From: an uncultured Anaerolineaceae bacterium
GTDB taxonomy: Bacteria; Chloroflexota; Dehalococcoidia; Tepidiformales; Tepidiformaceae
Direction of reading: 5' to 3'
DNA: 64,000 bases
Assembly (NCBI GenBank): GCA_964474285.1
Contig: CAYYSD010000003.1
Span: 478-64,477 of the forward strand
The notes below the pieces were generated by a model. The model saw only the letters and a program-made list of their open reading frames with translations. It did not search any database and was not told the DNA's origin. The position numbers and the translations under genes were made by a program. This document shows positions 9,686 to 19,600 of this stretch, piece after piece; position 1 is the first letter of the stretch; every line of letters starts with the position of its first letter.

Positions 9686-9716
9686 ACTTGCCAACCTATA
9701 CTGGCAAGTCTAATAT
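9686..9716 (+). promoter_or_regulatory. candidate promoter overlapped by a perfect 8-bp inverted repeat (probable TetR operator)
   Basis: ACTTGCCA (9686-9693), an 8-nt spacer, then TGGCAAGT (9702-9709). TTGCCA (9688-9693) and TAATAT (9711-9716) are separated by 17 nt. The AT-rich patch lies about 60 nt upstream of GTG 9776, in the divergent TetR/SBP intergenic region. Confidence 0.5.
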
Positions 9717-9775
9717 CCCTTGGACAGACGTTCCAGTCGCGCAAGCGTGATGGAACAACGGAGGGAATACGTACT

Positions 9776-11503
9776 GTGTCACTGGATAACTACTGGCTGA
9801 AACGAACCAACGGGCGCCTGGGGCGGCGCCGGCTCCTCGCGGGCGCTTCCACCGCCGGGCTTGGCCTCGCGGGCCTCGCGGCCGTCGGTTGCGGCGATGA
9901 CGACGACGATGGCGGCACTACGGGGACCCCGGGCGGCGGCGGCGCGACCGCGCAACCCACTGCGGCCGCCCAGGCGAACCTGACTGCAACGCTCAATGTT
10001 GGCATCGGCTCCGACATCGGGAGTGGGGACCCTCAATCGCTCGCTGGCACTGGTGGTGGCAACTGGCCGAACACCAGCACCCACTTCATCACGCCACTCC
10101 ACACAGATCGGGACACGTCCGACGTCGTCGCGTACGCCGCCGAGTGGGCCTGGGTCGACGCGAACAAGGGTATAACGCTGAAGGTAAAGCCGGGCATCAA
10201 GTTCCACAACGGCGAGGTGCTCAATGCCGACCAGCTCAAGTTCAACATTGACCGCGAACTCGGGCGGGCCGAGTACAACACCAAGTTTGCCAGCGGACAC
10301 AAGAGCCAGTTCATCAACATCGGCGAAGTCAAGATCGTCGACGAAATGACCGTCCGGCTGGAGGTCATCAGTCCGGACGTGATCCTCCCGAGCAAGATGG
10401 CCGGGTCACTCCTGCTTGTGCCCCGCAAGTACGTTGAGCAGGTGGGAGACACGGGTTTCGCGGCGAACCCGGTCGGAAACGGACCGTTCAAGTTTGTTTC
10501 GCGCGTCGCCGATTCGCAGATCAAGAGCGTCCGCTTCGACGACTTCTTCTACGGCAGGGACCAGAAATACGGCCCTCGCCTGCCCTGGATTCAGAACCTG
10601 AACCAGCGAGTGATCCCCGAGGAGACAGCGCGGATCGCGGCCCTCGAGGCAGGTGAAATCGACCTCGCGCACAATGTCTCATCGGACCTCGCCAAGCAAT
10701 TCCAGAGCAAGTCCGGCTTCACGGTGTTTGCGCTGCCGGGCGACCAGCCGATGCACATCCACATCAACACGACCATCGATAAGGGCATAGGCGGCGGCCC
10801 GAATCCATGGAAGGATGTTCGCGTCCGCCGCGCGGCCAATATGGCCATTGACCTCGACACAATCGTCAAGACGATCCTCACCGGAAACGAGAAGCGGAGC
10901 TTTGGCTCGGCGCAGCGCTCAGTCGGATTCCCGCAGGACCTCCCTGGCAAAGCGTTCAAGTACGATCCGGCACAGGCGAAGGCGCTGCTGACGCAGGCCG
11001 GCTTCGCCAACGGCTTCGAAACCGTGTTCAACTACCCGACGGGCCGATGGCCCAATACCGAACCCGTCGTGCAGGCGATCGCCAGCTACCTGGACAAAGT
11101 CGGCATCAAGGCCAAGCTCCAGGCGCAGCAATACCAGGTCACGACGACGGCGTTCAAGCAGCGCAGCAATGAAGGACTCACCTTCTGGGGCATGTCCGGC
11201 GGCGACGATCCCGGCCCGAACTTCCGCTACGGGTATCACTCCGAGGGCGGCTACACGATGTCGTATGATCCTGCCCTCGGTCTGGATTCGCTCATCGTGC
11301 AGAGCGAGGCAGCGTTCGACCCGGCGCAACGCAAGAGCCTCATCGGCCAGGTGATCACGAAGTTCTACGAGAACGCGTCGTGGATCTTCCTCTATGAGCC
11401 GGTGACCATCGCGATCGCCAACTCCAAGAAGGTTCAATGGACCCCCTACAACAAGGTCCTTTCGAATCCCGAATTCTGGAACATCAAGGTGATAGGCAGT
11501 TGA
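9776..11503 (+). CDS. ABC transporter substrate-binding lipoprotein, family 5 (Dpp/Opp/Nik type)
   Basis: 575-aa ORF with a GTG start after GGAGGGA. Twin-arginine motif GRRRLLAG, lipobox AAVGCG and a poly-Asp/Gly linker, then a typical family 5 SBP body (KFHNGE..., NP.GNGPFKF). Confidence 0.85.
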   Translation: MSLDNYWLKRTNGRLGRRRLLAGASTAGLGLAGLAAVGCGDDDDDGGTTGTPGGGGATAQPTAAAQANLTATLNVGIGSDIGSGDPQSLAGTGGGNWPNTSTHFITPLHTDRDTSDVVAYAAEWAWVDANKGITLKVKPGIKFHNGEVLNADQLKFNIDRELGRAEYNTKFASGHKSQFINIGEVKIVDEMTVRLEVISPDVILPSKMAGSLLLVPRKYVEQVGDTGFAANPVGNGPFKFVSRVADSQIKSVRFDDFFYGRDQKYGPRLPWIQNLNQRVIPEETARIAALEAGEIDLAHNVSSDLAKQFQSKSGFTVFALPGDQPMHIHINTTIDKGIGGGPNPWKDVRVRRAANMAIDLDTIVKTILTGNEKRSFGSAQRSVGFPQDLPGKAFKYDPAQAKALLTQAGFANGFETVFNYPTGRWPNTEPVVQAIASYLDKVGIKAKLQAQQYQVTTTAFKQRSNEGLTFWGMSGGDDPGPNFRYGYHSEGGYTMSYDPALGLDSLIVQSEAAFDPAQRKSLIGQVITKFYENASWIFLYEPVTIAIANSKKVQWTPYNKVLSNPEFWNIKVIGS

Positions 11504-12288
11504 TGGAGCAAGACGTACTCCTGGTCGACAAAGGACCGGTGACCACACTTACGTTGAATCGTCCGGAAAAGCTCAATGCGTTGAATCGCCAGTTGGGGAC
11601 GACGTTCATTCAGACGATGATGGAAGTTGGGTTCGATCCGGCGGTTCGCGCGATCGTGATCCGCGGATCCGGCCGGTCCTTTTGCGCCGGCGATGACGTC
11701 TCTGGAACTTCGCCAGTGGACCCGGCCTATGACCGCAGCGATCCCATCGCTGCGGGCCGTCTCGGCCACTACTGGCAGCTGCAACGCACTATTCGCCTTG
11801 TTCCACGCCCTGTCATTGTCCGCGTCCATGGGCATTGCATGGGCGCGGGCATGGACATGATGCTGTCCTCCGACTACGCCGTGGCGGCAGACACGGCGAT
11901 CTTCGCGGTGGTGTTCATCAAGCGGGCAATCGCTGCGGGCACCGTCATGCTTCCCCGCTACGTCGGGATGAAGCGGGCAACGGAAATGCTCTTCGAAGGC
12001 GAAACGATCAACGCTCACCAGGCCCTCGAGTTGGGCCTGGTGACGAAGGTCGTACCCGAGCCGCAGCTCGATGCGGAAGTCTCGGCGCTCGCGGAGAAGC
12101 TCGCGAACAGCGCGACGCGAACCATCGGGCTGATCAAGCACGGGCTCAACCAGGCCTACTTCCCGGCCCTCGAAGACGAATTGCAGGACATGGCGTTTCT
12201 TCAGCAATTCGCTTCCAGGACTGAGGACTCAGCGGAGGCGAAGAGCGCATGGCGTGAACGCCGTAAGCCCGTCTTCGCCGGGCGGTAA
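11503..12288 (+). CDS. crotonase-fold (enoyl-CoA hydratase/isomerase family) protein
   Basis: ATG 11503 overlaps the SBP stop (TGATG). VTTLTLNRPEKLNALN ... SFCAGDD ... HGHCMGAGMDMML. The track ORF starting at 11437 is an upstream extension inside the SBP gene. Confidence 0.85.
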   Translation: MEQDVLLVDKGPVTTLTLNRPEKLNALNRQLGTTFIQTMMEVGFDPAVRAIVIRGSGRSFCAGDDVSGTSPVDPAYDRSDPIAAGRLGHYWQLQRTIRLVPRPVIVRVHGHCMGAGMDMMLSSDYAVAADTAIFAVVFIKRAIAAGTVMLPRYVGMKRATEMLFEGETINAHQALELGLVTKVVPEPQLDAEVSALAEKLANSATRTIGLIKHGLNQAYFPALEDELQDMAFLQQFASRTEDSAEAKSAWRERRKPVFAGR

Positions 12289-12294
12289 GGGACC

Positions 12295-13236
12295 ATGGGC
12301 AATTCGCGAAGCCTCTGGCGCCTGTTGCTCCCGCGCTTTCTCCAGGCCGTTGTCGTCATCTGGGTCGTGGTGACGGTGGTGTTCTTCATCACCCGTCTCA
12401 CCGGTGATCCGATCACGATCCTCGCCCCCGTGAGCGCCACGCAGGCAGACATTGACGAAATCAAGGAAGCGAACGGGCTCGACGACCCGATCCCCGTGCA
12501 ATACGTGCGCTTCCTCTGGCAGGCGGTCAGGCTCGACATGGGGAACTCGTTCCGCACCGGCCAGCCTGCGTTTCACGAAATCCGGTCGCGCATCATCCCC
12601 ACAGCCCAGTTAGGAGCGACTGCGCTCACGTTCTCGCTCATCTTTGGCGTCACCATCGGGACTTTGTCCGCGGTCTTGCGCGGCACTCCGGTCGATGTCT
12701 TTGCACGGATGATTGCGCTGCTGGGACAGGCCGCGCCCAACTTCTGGCTCGGCATCATGCTCATTCTGCTCTTCGCCGTGAAGTTGGAAGTCGTGCCCAC
12801 CGGCGGCAACACAAGCTGGAACTCAATCATCCTGCCTGCACTGACGCTCGGTTCGGCGAGTTCGGCATCAATCATTCGGCTGACTCGCAGTGGGATGCTC
12901 GATGTGATGCGCAGCGATTTCGTGCGCACGGCCCGGGCGAAGGGCGTTCCCGAACGACTCATCATCTGGCGGCACACCCTTCGTCATGCGTTGCTGCCGG
13001 TGCTCACCGTGCTCGGCATCCAGGTCGGCTTCGTGTTGTCGGGGTCGATCGTTGTGGAGACAGTCTTCTCGTGGCCGGGCATGGGCCGGCTCATGATTCA
13101 GTCGATCAACAGTTCCGACTACCCCGTCGTCCAGATGGGCGTGATGCTCACGGCCATTATGATCGTCACCGCCAATTTCCTGGTCGATGTCTGCTATTCG
13201 CTGCTCGACCCGCGCATTTCGAGTTCCGCCGTATGA
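12295..13236 (+). CDS. ABC transporter permease (DppB/OppB type)
   Basis: 313-aa ORF with a hydrophobic multi-TM profile. The conserved loop is RSDFVRTARAKGVPERLIIWRHTLRHALLPVLTVLG. Confidence 0.9.
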   Translation: MGNSRSLWRLLLPRFLQAVVVIWVVVTVVFFITRLTGDPITILAPVSATQADIDEIKEANGLDDPIPVQYVRFLWQAVRLDMGNSFRTGQPAFHEIRSRIIPTAQLGATALTFSLIFGVTIGTLSAVLRGTPVDVFARMIALLGQAAPNFWLGIMLILLFAVKLEVVPTGGNTSWNSIILPALTLGSASSASIIRLTRSGMLDVMRSDFVRTARAKGVPERLIIWRHTLRHALLPVLTVLGIQVGFVLSGSIVVETVFSWPGMGRLMIQSINSSDYPVVQMGVMLTAIMIVTANFLVDVCYSLLDPRISSSAV

Positions 13237-14141
13237 CGACAGACACTCCGCACACCACCATTTCCGCGACATCTCTGGAATGGGTCGCGCCGCCTCGGCC
13301 ACTGCGCGTAAAGCTGCGCCGCTTCAAAGGGGCGGCGCCGTGGCTGTGCGTCTATTTGGCCTTCATCATCATTGGTGTCGGCGCACCGGTGATCGCTCCC
13401 CACGACCCGAACGATCAGGAACTCATCGCCCGGTTGCTTCCGCCGTTCTGGGAGGACCGGGGGACGGCGTCCCATCTTCTCGGGACGGATAACCTTGGCC
13501 GCGACGTGCTGTCCCGCATGATTTACGGAACGCGGCTGTCGCTGTTCGTGGTCGCTGTGTCAGTGCCGTTGTCGATGGTGTTCGGGTCGACGCTCGGCCT
13601 CGTGGCCGGCCTGCGCGGCGGCATCGTCGACAAGCTCATCATGCGCATGGTCGATATCCAGCTCGCGCTGCCGGCCATTCTTTTTGCTGTACTCCTAGCG
13701 GCAGCCTATGGCGCCAGCCTGCGCAACGTGCTGCTCATCATCGTGTTCTTTCGCTGGGCCGGGTTCGCGCGGCTGGTTCGTGGCGAGGTGCTCAGCTTGC
13801 GCGAACGCGACTTCGTGCTCGCGACACGCTCCGTCGGCGCGTCTGAAACGCGCATCGCTATCCGCCACATCGTTCCGAATCTGATGAACGTTGTGGTCAT
13901 CCTCGCGACGCTCGACATCGCCAGCGTCATCCTCATTGAAGCTGCGCTGAGCTTCATTGGTGTGGGCGTGCCGCCGCCAACTGCATCGTGGGGTGCGATG
14001 GTTTCTGAAGGGCGCAACTACATCACGGTCGCCTGGTGGCTCGCCACGCTGCCCGGTTTGGCCATCCTCATCGTGTCGCTTTCGGGCAACCTCATCGGCG
14101 ACTGGCTCCGCGACTATCTCGACCCGAAGTTGAGAAACTAG
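13233..14141 (+). CDS. ABC transporter permease (DppC/OppC type)
   Basis: ATG 13233 overlaps the upstream stop (ATGA). HLLGTDNLGRDVLSRMIYGTR ... FVLATRSVGASETRIAIRHIVPN. The track ORF from 13071 is an upstream extension. Confidence 0.9.
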   Translation: MTTDTPHTTISATSLEWVAPPRPLRVKLRRFKGAAPWLCVYLAFIIIGVGAPVIAPHDPNDQELIARLLPPFWEDRGTASHLLGTDNLGRDVLSRMIYGTRLSLFVVAVSVPLSMVFGSTLGLVAGLRGGIVDKLIMRMVDIQLALPAILFAVLLAAAYGASLRNVLLIIVFFRWAGFARLVRGEVLSLRERDFVLATRSVGASETRIAIRHIVPNLMNVVVILATLDIASVILIEAALSFIGVGVPPPTASWGAMVSEGRNYITVAWWLATLPGLAILIVSLSGNLIGDWLRDYLDPKLRN

Positions 14142-14144
14142 TGG

Positions 14145-16547
14145 ATGCCTGACATCGAATTGCCGCTTGCCGGCGCACGAGTTGTGGACCTGACCGACGA
14201 ATCCGGCGTCTTCGCGGCGCGGTTGCTCGCCGACCTCGGCGCAGAGGTTGTCCGAGTTGAATCCCCGCGCGGGGATTCAATCCGGCGTCGTGGGCCGTTT
14301 GCGGAAGGCGGGGCGGCCTGCGAAGGCGGCTACCCGCACTTGCTCTACAACGCCGGCAAGCGATCGGTGGCCCTGAATCTCGCGGAGGGCGCCGACCGCG
14401 AACGTCTCGAGCAGATTCTCGCGAGGGCCGAACTGGTGCTCGCACCAGTACGCCGTAGCGCGGTGCTCAACGAGATCCTGGACCCTGTACGGCTTGCGAG
14501 GGTGCACCCTCACCTTGCCCTCGTTGACATCGTCTGGCGACGCGACGCCCCGGCACTTCCCGGCAGCGACCTTGCGGCCGTGGCATCCGGTGGTCTGCTC
14601 TGGCTCAACGGGTTCCCGGGGGATCCTCCGAATTATCCCGCGGGGTTTCTTGGCTATAAGCAGGCATCGCTCGCGGCCGCCTTCGCCGCGGTTTCGCTGC
14701 TGCGCTCAGGTGCCCTCGGGCACCCGGCCCGTCATGCGACCATCGGGATACAGGAGGCCGTCACCTGGACGACTATCCAGAGCGGCAACCAGAACGCCTG
14801 GCTGTGGGAGCACCGCAGTCCCGGCCGGACTGGCGGGTCCACGGCAGGAAACCAGTCCATCTACCAGGCGAAGGACGGCGGCTGGGTTTCGTTCGTCATC
14901 CCGCCACCCTATTGGAGTTCCTATGCGGCGTGGGTCAACGAAGTCTTCGGTGAAGACATGTTCCTCGCGCCGGAATGGAGCGACCCACACTATCGAATTG
15001 GCAAGGGCGAAATCGTCGGCCCGTTCACGCGGGAACTCTGCAGAAGGTTCAGTGCGCGCCAACTCGTGGACATCGGACAGGCGCGCCACCTCCTTGTCTG
15101 CCCCGTGAACACGGTGGAGGACCTCGCGAACGACGAGCACTTGATCGCGCGAGGGTTCTATGAAGACACCTGGCAACCATCCATCCAACGTTCCGTGAGG
15201 ATGCCGCTGTCCCCTTTTCGGAGCGCCGGGGCGCCGAACTCCCTGCGGCCCGCGCCCGCGCTGGGCGAACACACGGCCGATGTCCTGGAAGCGATGGGCG
15301 GCGCGGTCCCTACCCCTGCCGCGCCGCCTTCGCCCGCCATTCCCGGCCTGCCCCTTCGCGGCGTTCGCGTGCTGGACTTCTGCTGGCTCATCGCCGGGCC
15401 GCTGAGCACGCGCCTGCTCGCCGACCTGGGCGCGGAAGTGATCAAGGTCGAATCCCATGCCCGCCTGGACCGCATCCGTGAAGGCCAGATCACGCCGCCT
15501 GGCGGCTCCAGCATCAACACGGCGCCCGTCTTCAACGACTGCAATACCAACAAGAAGAGCATCGCGCTCAACCTGGGTTCGCCCAGGGGCATCGAGATTG
15601 CCCGGCGCCTCGTCGCGACCGCCGACATGGTGACCTCAAATTTCACACCAGAACGCATGGACCGTTGGGGCCTGGGCTATTCCGACCTCGTCGCGATCAA
15701 GCCCGACATCATCGCCGCCAGCATGCCGGTGATGGGCCGGGAAGGGCCGCACAGCTCCTGGGGAGCCTACGGCAACGGCGTCATCGCGATGTCCGGCATC
15801 TCGTCCCTCACAGGCTTCCCGAATCGCCCGCCCGTCGGACTGGGCCCGCTCCACTCCGATTTCACTGCGCCCTACTTCCTCGCGACGCAGGTCATGGCTG
15901 CGCTCCGTTACCGCGATCGGACGGGTAAGGGCCAGTTCATCGAGATGGCGCAATACGAGACGGCCGTGGCACTCCTCGACACAGAACTGACCGAGTACCT
16001 GAACGGTGGCCCAATGCCCGAACGGCGAGGAAACCGCAGCCGCTTCGAAGCCCCCCACGGCGTCTTCCGCGCCGCGGGAGACGACTCATGGGTCGCACTC
16101 AGCGCGCGCGACGACGAGCAATGGCAGACGCTTTGCCGGGTGATTGGTCGCGAAGACCTCGGCCACCGCCCTGAGCTGGCCCACCTCGAGGGGCGCCGGG
16201 CCCACGAAGACGAGATCGAGGCGGCAATCACCGAATTCACATCAAGCCTCACCGCGCCGGAAATCGCAACCGAACTTCTCGCCGCGGGTATCGCTGCGAG
16301 CCCCGTGAACCGCATCCAGGATCTCGTGGAGACGGACCCTGGAATGGCGGGCTTTTTCGTTCCACTGCCGCATCCCGAAGTTGGCTCGATCCTCACGCAA
16401 AACGAACCCGTCATCCTCGATGGCAACCGGCTGCCGCTGACGCGCGCGCCGCTGTTTGGCGAACACACCCACGAAGTCCTTGCGGACCTCCTCGGAATCG
16501 GTGACAACGAGTTCGCTGAGCTGGTGGCGGAGGGCGTCCTTTCGTAG
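14145..16547 (+). CDS. tandem two-module family III CoA-transferase
   Basis: 800-aa ORF with two modules: LAGARVVDLTDESGVFAARLLADLGAEVVRVESP and LRGVRVLDFCWLIAGPLSTRLLADLGAEVIKVES. It starts 3 nt after the permease gene. Confidence 0.85.
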   Translation: MPDIELPLAGARVVDLTDESGVFAARLLADLGAEVVRVESPRGDSIRRRGPFAEGGAACEGGYPHLLYNAGKRSVALNLAEGADRERLEQILARAELVLAPVRRSAVLNEILDPVRLARVHPHLALVDIVWRRDAPALPGSDLAAVASGGLLWLNGFPGDPPNYPAGFLGYKQASLAAAFAAVSLLRSGALGHPARHATIGIQEAVTWTTIQSGNQNAWLWEHRSPGRTGGSTAGNQSIYQAKDGGWVSFVIPPPYWSSYAAWVNEVFGEDMFLAPEWSDPHYRIGKGEIVGPFTRELCRRFSARQLVDIGQARHLLVCPVNTVEDLANDEHLIARGFYEDTWQPSIQRSVRMPLSPFRSAGAPNSLRPAPALGEHTADVLEAMGGAVPTPAAPPSPAIPGLPLRGVRVLDFCWLIAGPLSTRLLADLGAEVIKVESHARLDRIREGQITPPGGSSINTAPVFNDCNTNKKSIALNLGSPRGIEIARRLVATADMVTSNFTPERMDRWGLGYSDLVAIKPDIIAASMPVMGREGPHSSWGAYGNGVIAMSGISSLTGFPNRPPVGLGPLHSDFTAPYFLATQVMAALRYRDRTGKGQFIEMAQYETAVALLDTELTEYLNGGPMPERRGNRSRFEAPHGVFRAAGDDSWVALSARDDEQWQTLCRVIGREDLGHRPELAHLEGRRAHEDEIEAAITEFTSSLTAPEIATELLAAGIAASPVNRIQDLVETDPGMAGFFVPLPHPEVGSILTQNEPVILDGNRLPLTRAPLFGEHTHEVLADLLGIGDNEFAELVAEGVLS

Positions 16548-16652
16548 TGTGGGTGGGCTTCCGGGGAAACCAACGGCGGGCAATCATCACGTGCACACGC
16601 GGCTTTCTGCGAGCACGCAATGTTCGTTTCGAACTCACCCTCTGGAGGAACC

Positions 16653-19600
16653 ATGACCATTTCTCGCCTGCTCATCGCCAATCGTGGTGAGATCGCGATC
16701 CGGATCGGCCGTACCGCGGCTGCCATGGGCATCCACACCACGGTGGTCTATTCCGAAGACGATGCGAACTCCCTGCACACGAAGAAGGCGGACGCTGCCC
16801 TGCCTTTGCGTGGGTCCGGCGCCGCAGCATACCTCGACGCGGCACAGATCGTCGCCGTGGCGAAGGAAGCCGGTTGCGACGCCATTCACCCTGGCTATGG
16901 CTTTCTCAGCGAGAACGCGGCCCTGGCGCGCCTCTGCTCCGAGGCAAACATCACGTTCGTTGGCCCCTCCCACGAGACCCTGGAGCTGTTCGGGGACAAG
17001 GTGAAGGCACGCCAGCTGGCTATGCACGCGGGCGTGCCCGTGTTGCCGGGCAGCGCCGGCGCCGTGACAGCCGAAGAGGCTCGCGCCTTCCTCGTGGGCC
17101 TCGGGAACGGCAAGGCGATCATGATTAAGGCGCTCGCCGGCGGCGGTGGGCGCGGCGCGCGCGCGGTCGAAAGAGTGGAAGACGTCGAGTCGGCCTATGC
17201 GCGCTGCCGCTCGGAAGCGCTCGCCGCCTTCGGCAACGGCGATGTCTTCGTTGAGCAATACCTGCCGCGCGCACGCCACGTCGAGGTGCAGATCGCCGGC
17301 GATGGCTCGGGCGCGGTATCGCACCTCTGGGAGCGCGAGTGCAGCATCCAGCGGCGCTACCAAAAACTGGTCGAAATCGCTCCCAGCCCGGGGCTCCCTC
17401 CGGAACTGCGCCAGCGCCTCACCGCCGCCGCGGTGCGGCTTGCTTCCGAAAGCCGCTACGCCAGCCTTGGCACCTTCGAATTCCTCGTCGATGCGACCAA
17501 CCTGGCAGACAACACCGCATTCGCGTTCATCGAAGCGAACCCCCGGCTGCAGGTAGAGCACACCGTCACCGAGGAAGTGCTCGGGCTGGATCTCGTGCGC
17601 ATCCAGCTGGAACTCGCGGGTGGGCAGTCGCTGGCGTCGCTCGGGCTGCTGCAACAGGATGTCCCGCAGCCGCGCGGCTATGCCATCCAGGCGCGGGTGA
17701 ACATGGAAACGATGGCCGCGGACGGTTCGGCGAAGCCATCCGGGGGCACGCTGACCGCTTTCGAAGTCCCCACCGGCCCTGGGGTGCGCACCGATACCTT
17801 CGGCTATTCCGGGTATCGCACGAATCCTCGCTTCGATTCCCTGCTGGCAAAGGTCATCGTGCATTCCCCTTCGAACCACTTCGACCAGGCGGTGGCCAAG
17901 GCCTACCGGGCCCTGTGCGAATTCCGCATTGAGGGCGTACCAACCAATGTGCCTTTCCTTCAGAACCTCATGCGGCACCCGAGCTTCGTCTCCGGCGGCG
18001 CCTATACGCGATTCGTTGAGGACCACATCACGGAACTCGCCACCCAGGACGGGCACCAACGGCTCTACTTCGCCCCGGCCGCCACGGCAGCGGCAGGGGC
18101 AGCTCGCCTCGCCGGCGTGCGCGTCAACGCACTCGATCCACTGGCCGTGCTTGACTACGGAAAGTCTGGAGCGCCGGCACGCGCCGCCGAGCCCGAACCG
18201 GCCGCGCCAGCCATCGCTTCAGACGTGCACGTCCCGGAAGGCGCCGCAGCCATCGCCGCTCCGTTGCAGGGCACCATCGTGCAGGTCGATGTCGCGGAGG
18301 GTGACTTTGTTCGCATCGGGCAGCAGGTCGTCGTGATGGAAGCGATGAAGATGCAGCACATTGTCGCCAGCGAACGCAGCGGCACCGTCTTGCAGGTCAC
18401 CGTCGCGGCTGGCGACACGGTCTTCGAGGGCCATCCCCTGCTCCTCATCGAACCGAGCGCGGTGGAAGTCGTAGCCGAGAGGGGCAGCGAAGAAGTCGAC
18501 CTCGACCACATTCGACCGGACCTCGCGCTCATTCACGAACGCCACGCGGTGACGCTCGATGCCGCCCGGCCCGATGCGGTCGCGCGGCGCCGCAAAACAG
18601 GCCAGCGAACGGCACGCGAGAACATTGACGACCTCTGCGATCCAGGCTCGTTCGTAGAGCACGGTTCGCTCGTGCTGACGCCCGGCACCGGGCTCCCCCT
18701 GGAGGAAGTCATCAAGCGCTTCCCGACCGACGGCATGGTGACAGGCGTCGGCACCATCAACGGACATCTCTTCCCCGAGCCAGCATCTCGCGCTGTCGTG
18801 ATGTCGTACGACTACACGGTGCTGGCCGGGACCCAGGGCACCGTGAACCACCCGAAGACGGACCGCATGCTCGGCCTTGCCGAAAAGTGGCGGCTCCCGG
18901 TGGTTTTCTTCGCGGAGGGCGGTGGTGGGCGCGCCGGCACCGGCGGAACACGGGCTGGAGGCCAGGCGCCTACACCCCGCGAGGAACTGGGCGGAGGCCG
19001 TCCGCTCGATACACCCACCTTCGCGAGCATGGCCCGGCTCAGCGGACACGTGCCGCTCGTGGGCGTCACATCCGGCCGTTGTTTCGCAGGCAACGCGGCG
19101 CTGCTCGGGTGCTGCGATGTCATCATCGCGACCAGGAATTCGAACATCGGCATGGGCGGGCCCGCGATGGTCGAAGGTGCCAGTCTCGGCGTCTTCGCAC
19201 CCGAGGACATTGGCCCGCTGGATGTCCAGGCCGCGAACGGCGTCGTCGACGTCGCCGTTGAGGATGAGGCGGAGGCCGTCGCGGTCGCGAAGCGGTATCT
19301 CTCGTACTTCCAGGGGGCTGTGAGCGATTGGCAGTGCGAAGACCAGCGGCTCCTCCGCACCGTCATCCCCGAGAACCGGCTTCGCATTTACGACGTCCGC
19401 AAGGTCATCGAAACGCTGGCAGATACCGGCTCCGTGCTTGAACTGCGCCGCCAGTTTGGGCCGGGCATGATCACGGCGTTTGCCCGCATCGAAGGGCGCC
19501 CGATTGGCATCGTCGCGAACAACCCTGCTCACCTGGCCGGCGCCATCGACAGCGAAGGTTCCGATAAGGCGGCGCGCTTCATGCAGCTGCTCGATGCATT

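Noticed and set aside
9893-9912. GAC/GGC-rich runs, also near 37849-37878 and 49689-49710, that look like short tandem DNA repeats
   Set aside because: They lie inside the three SBP genes and simply encode the poly-Asp/Gly linker after the lipobox Cys. They are not independent repeat elements.
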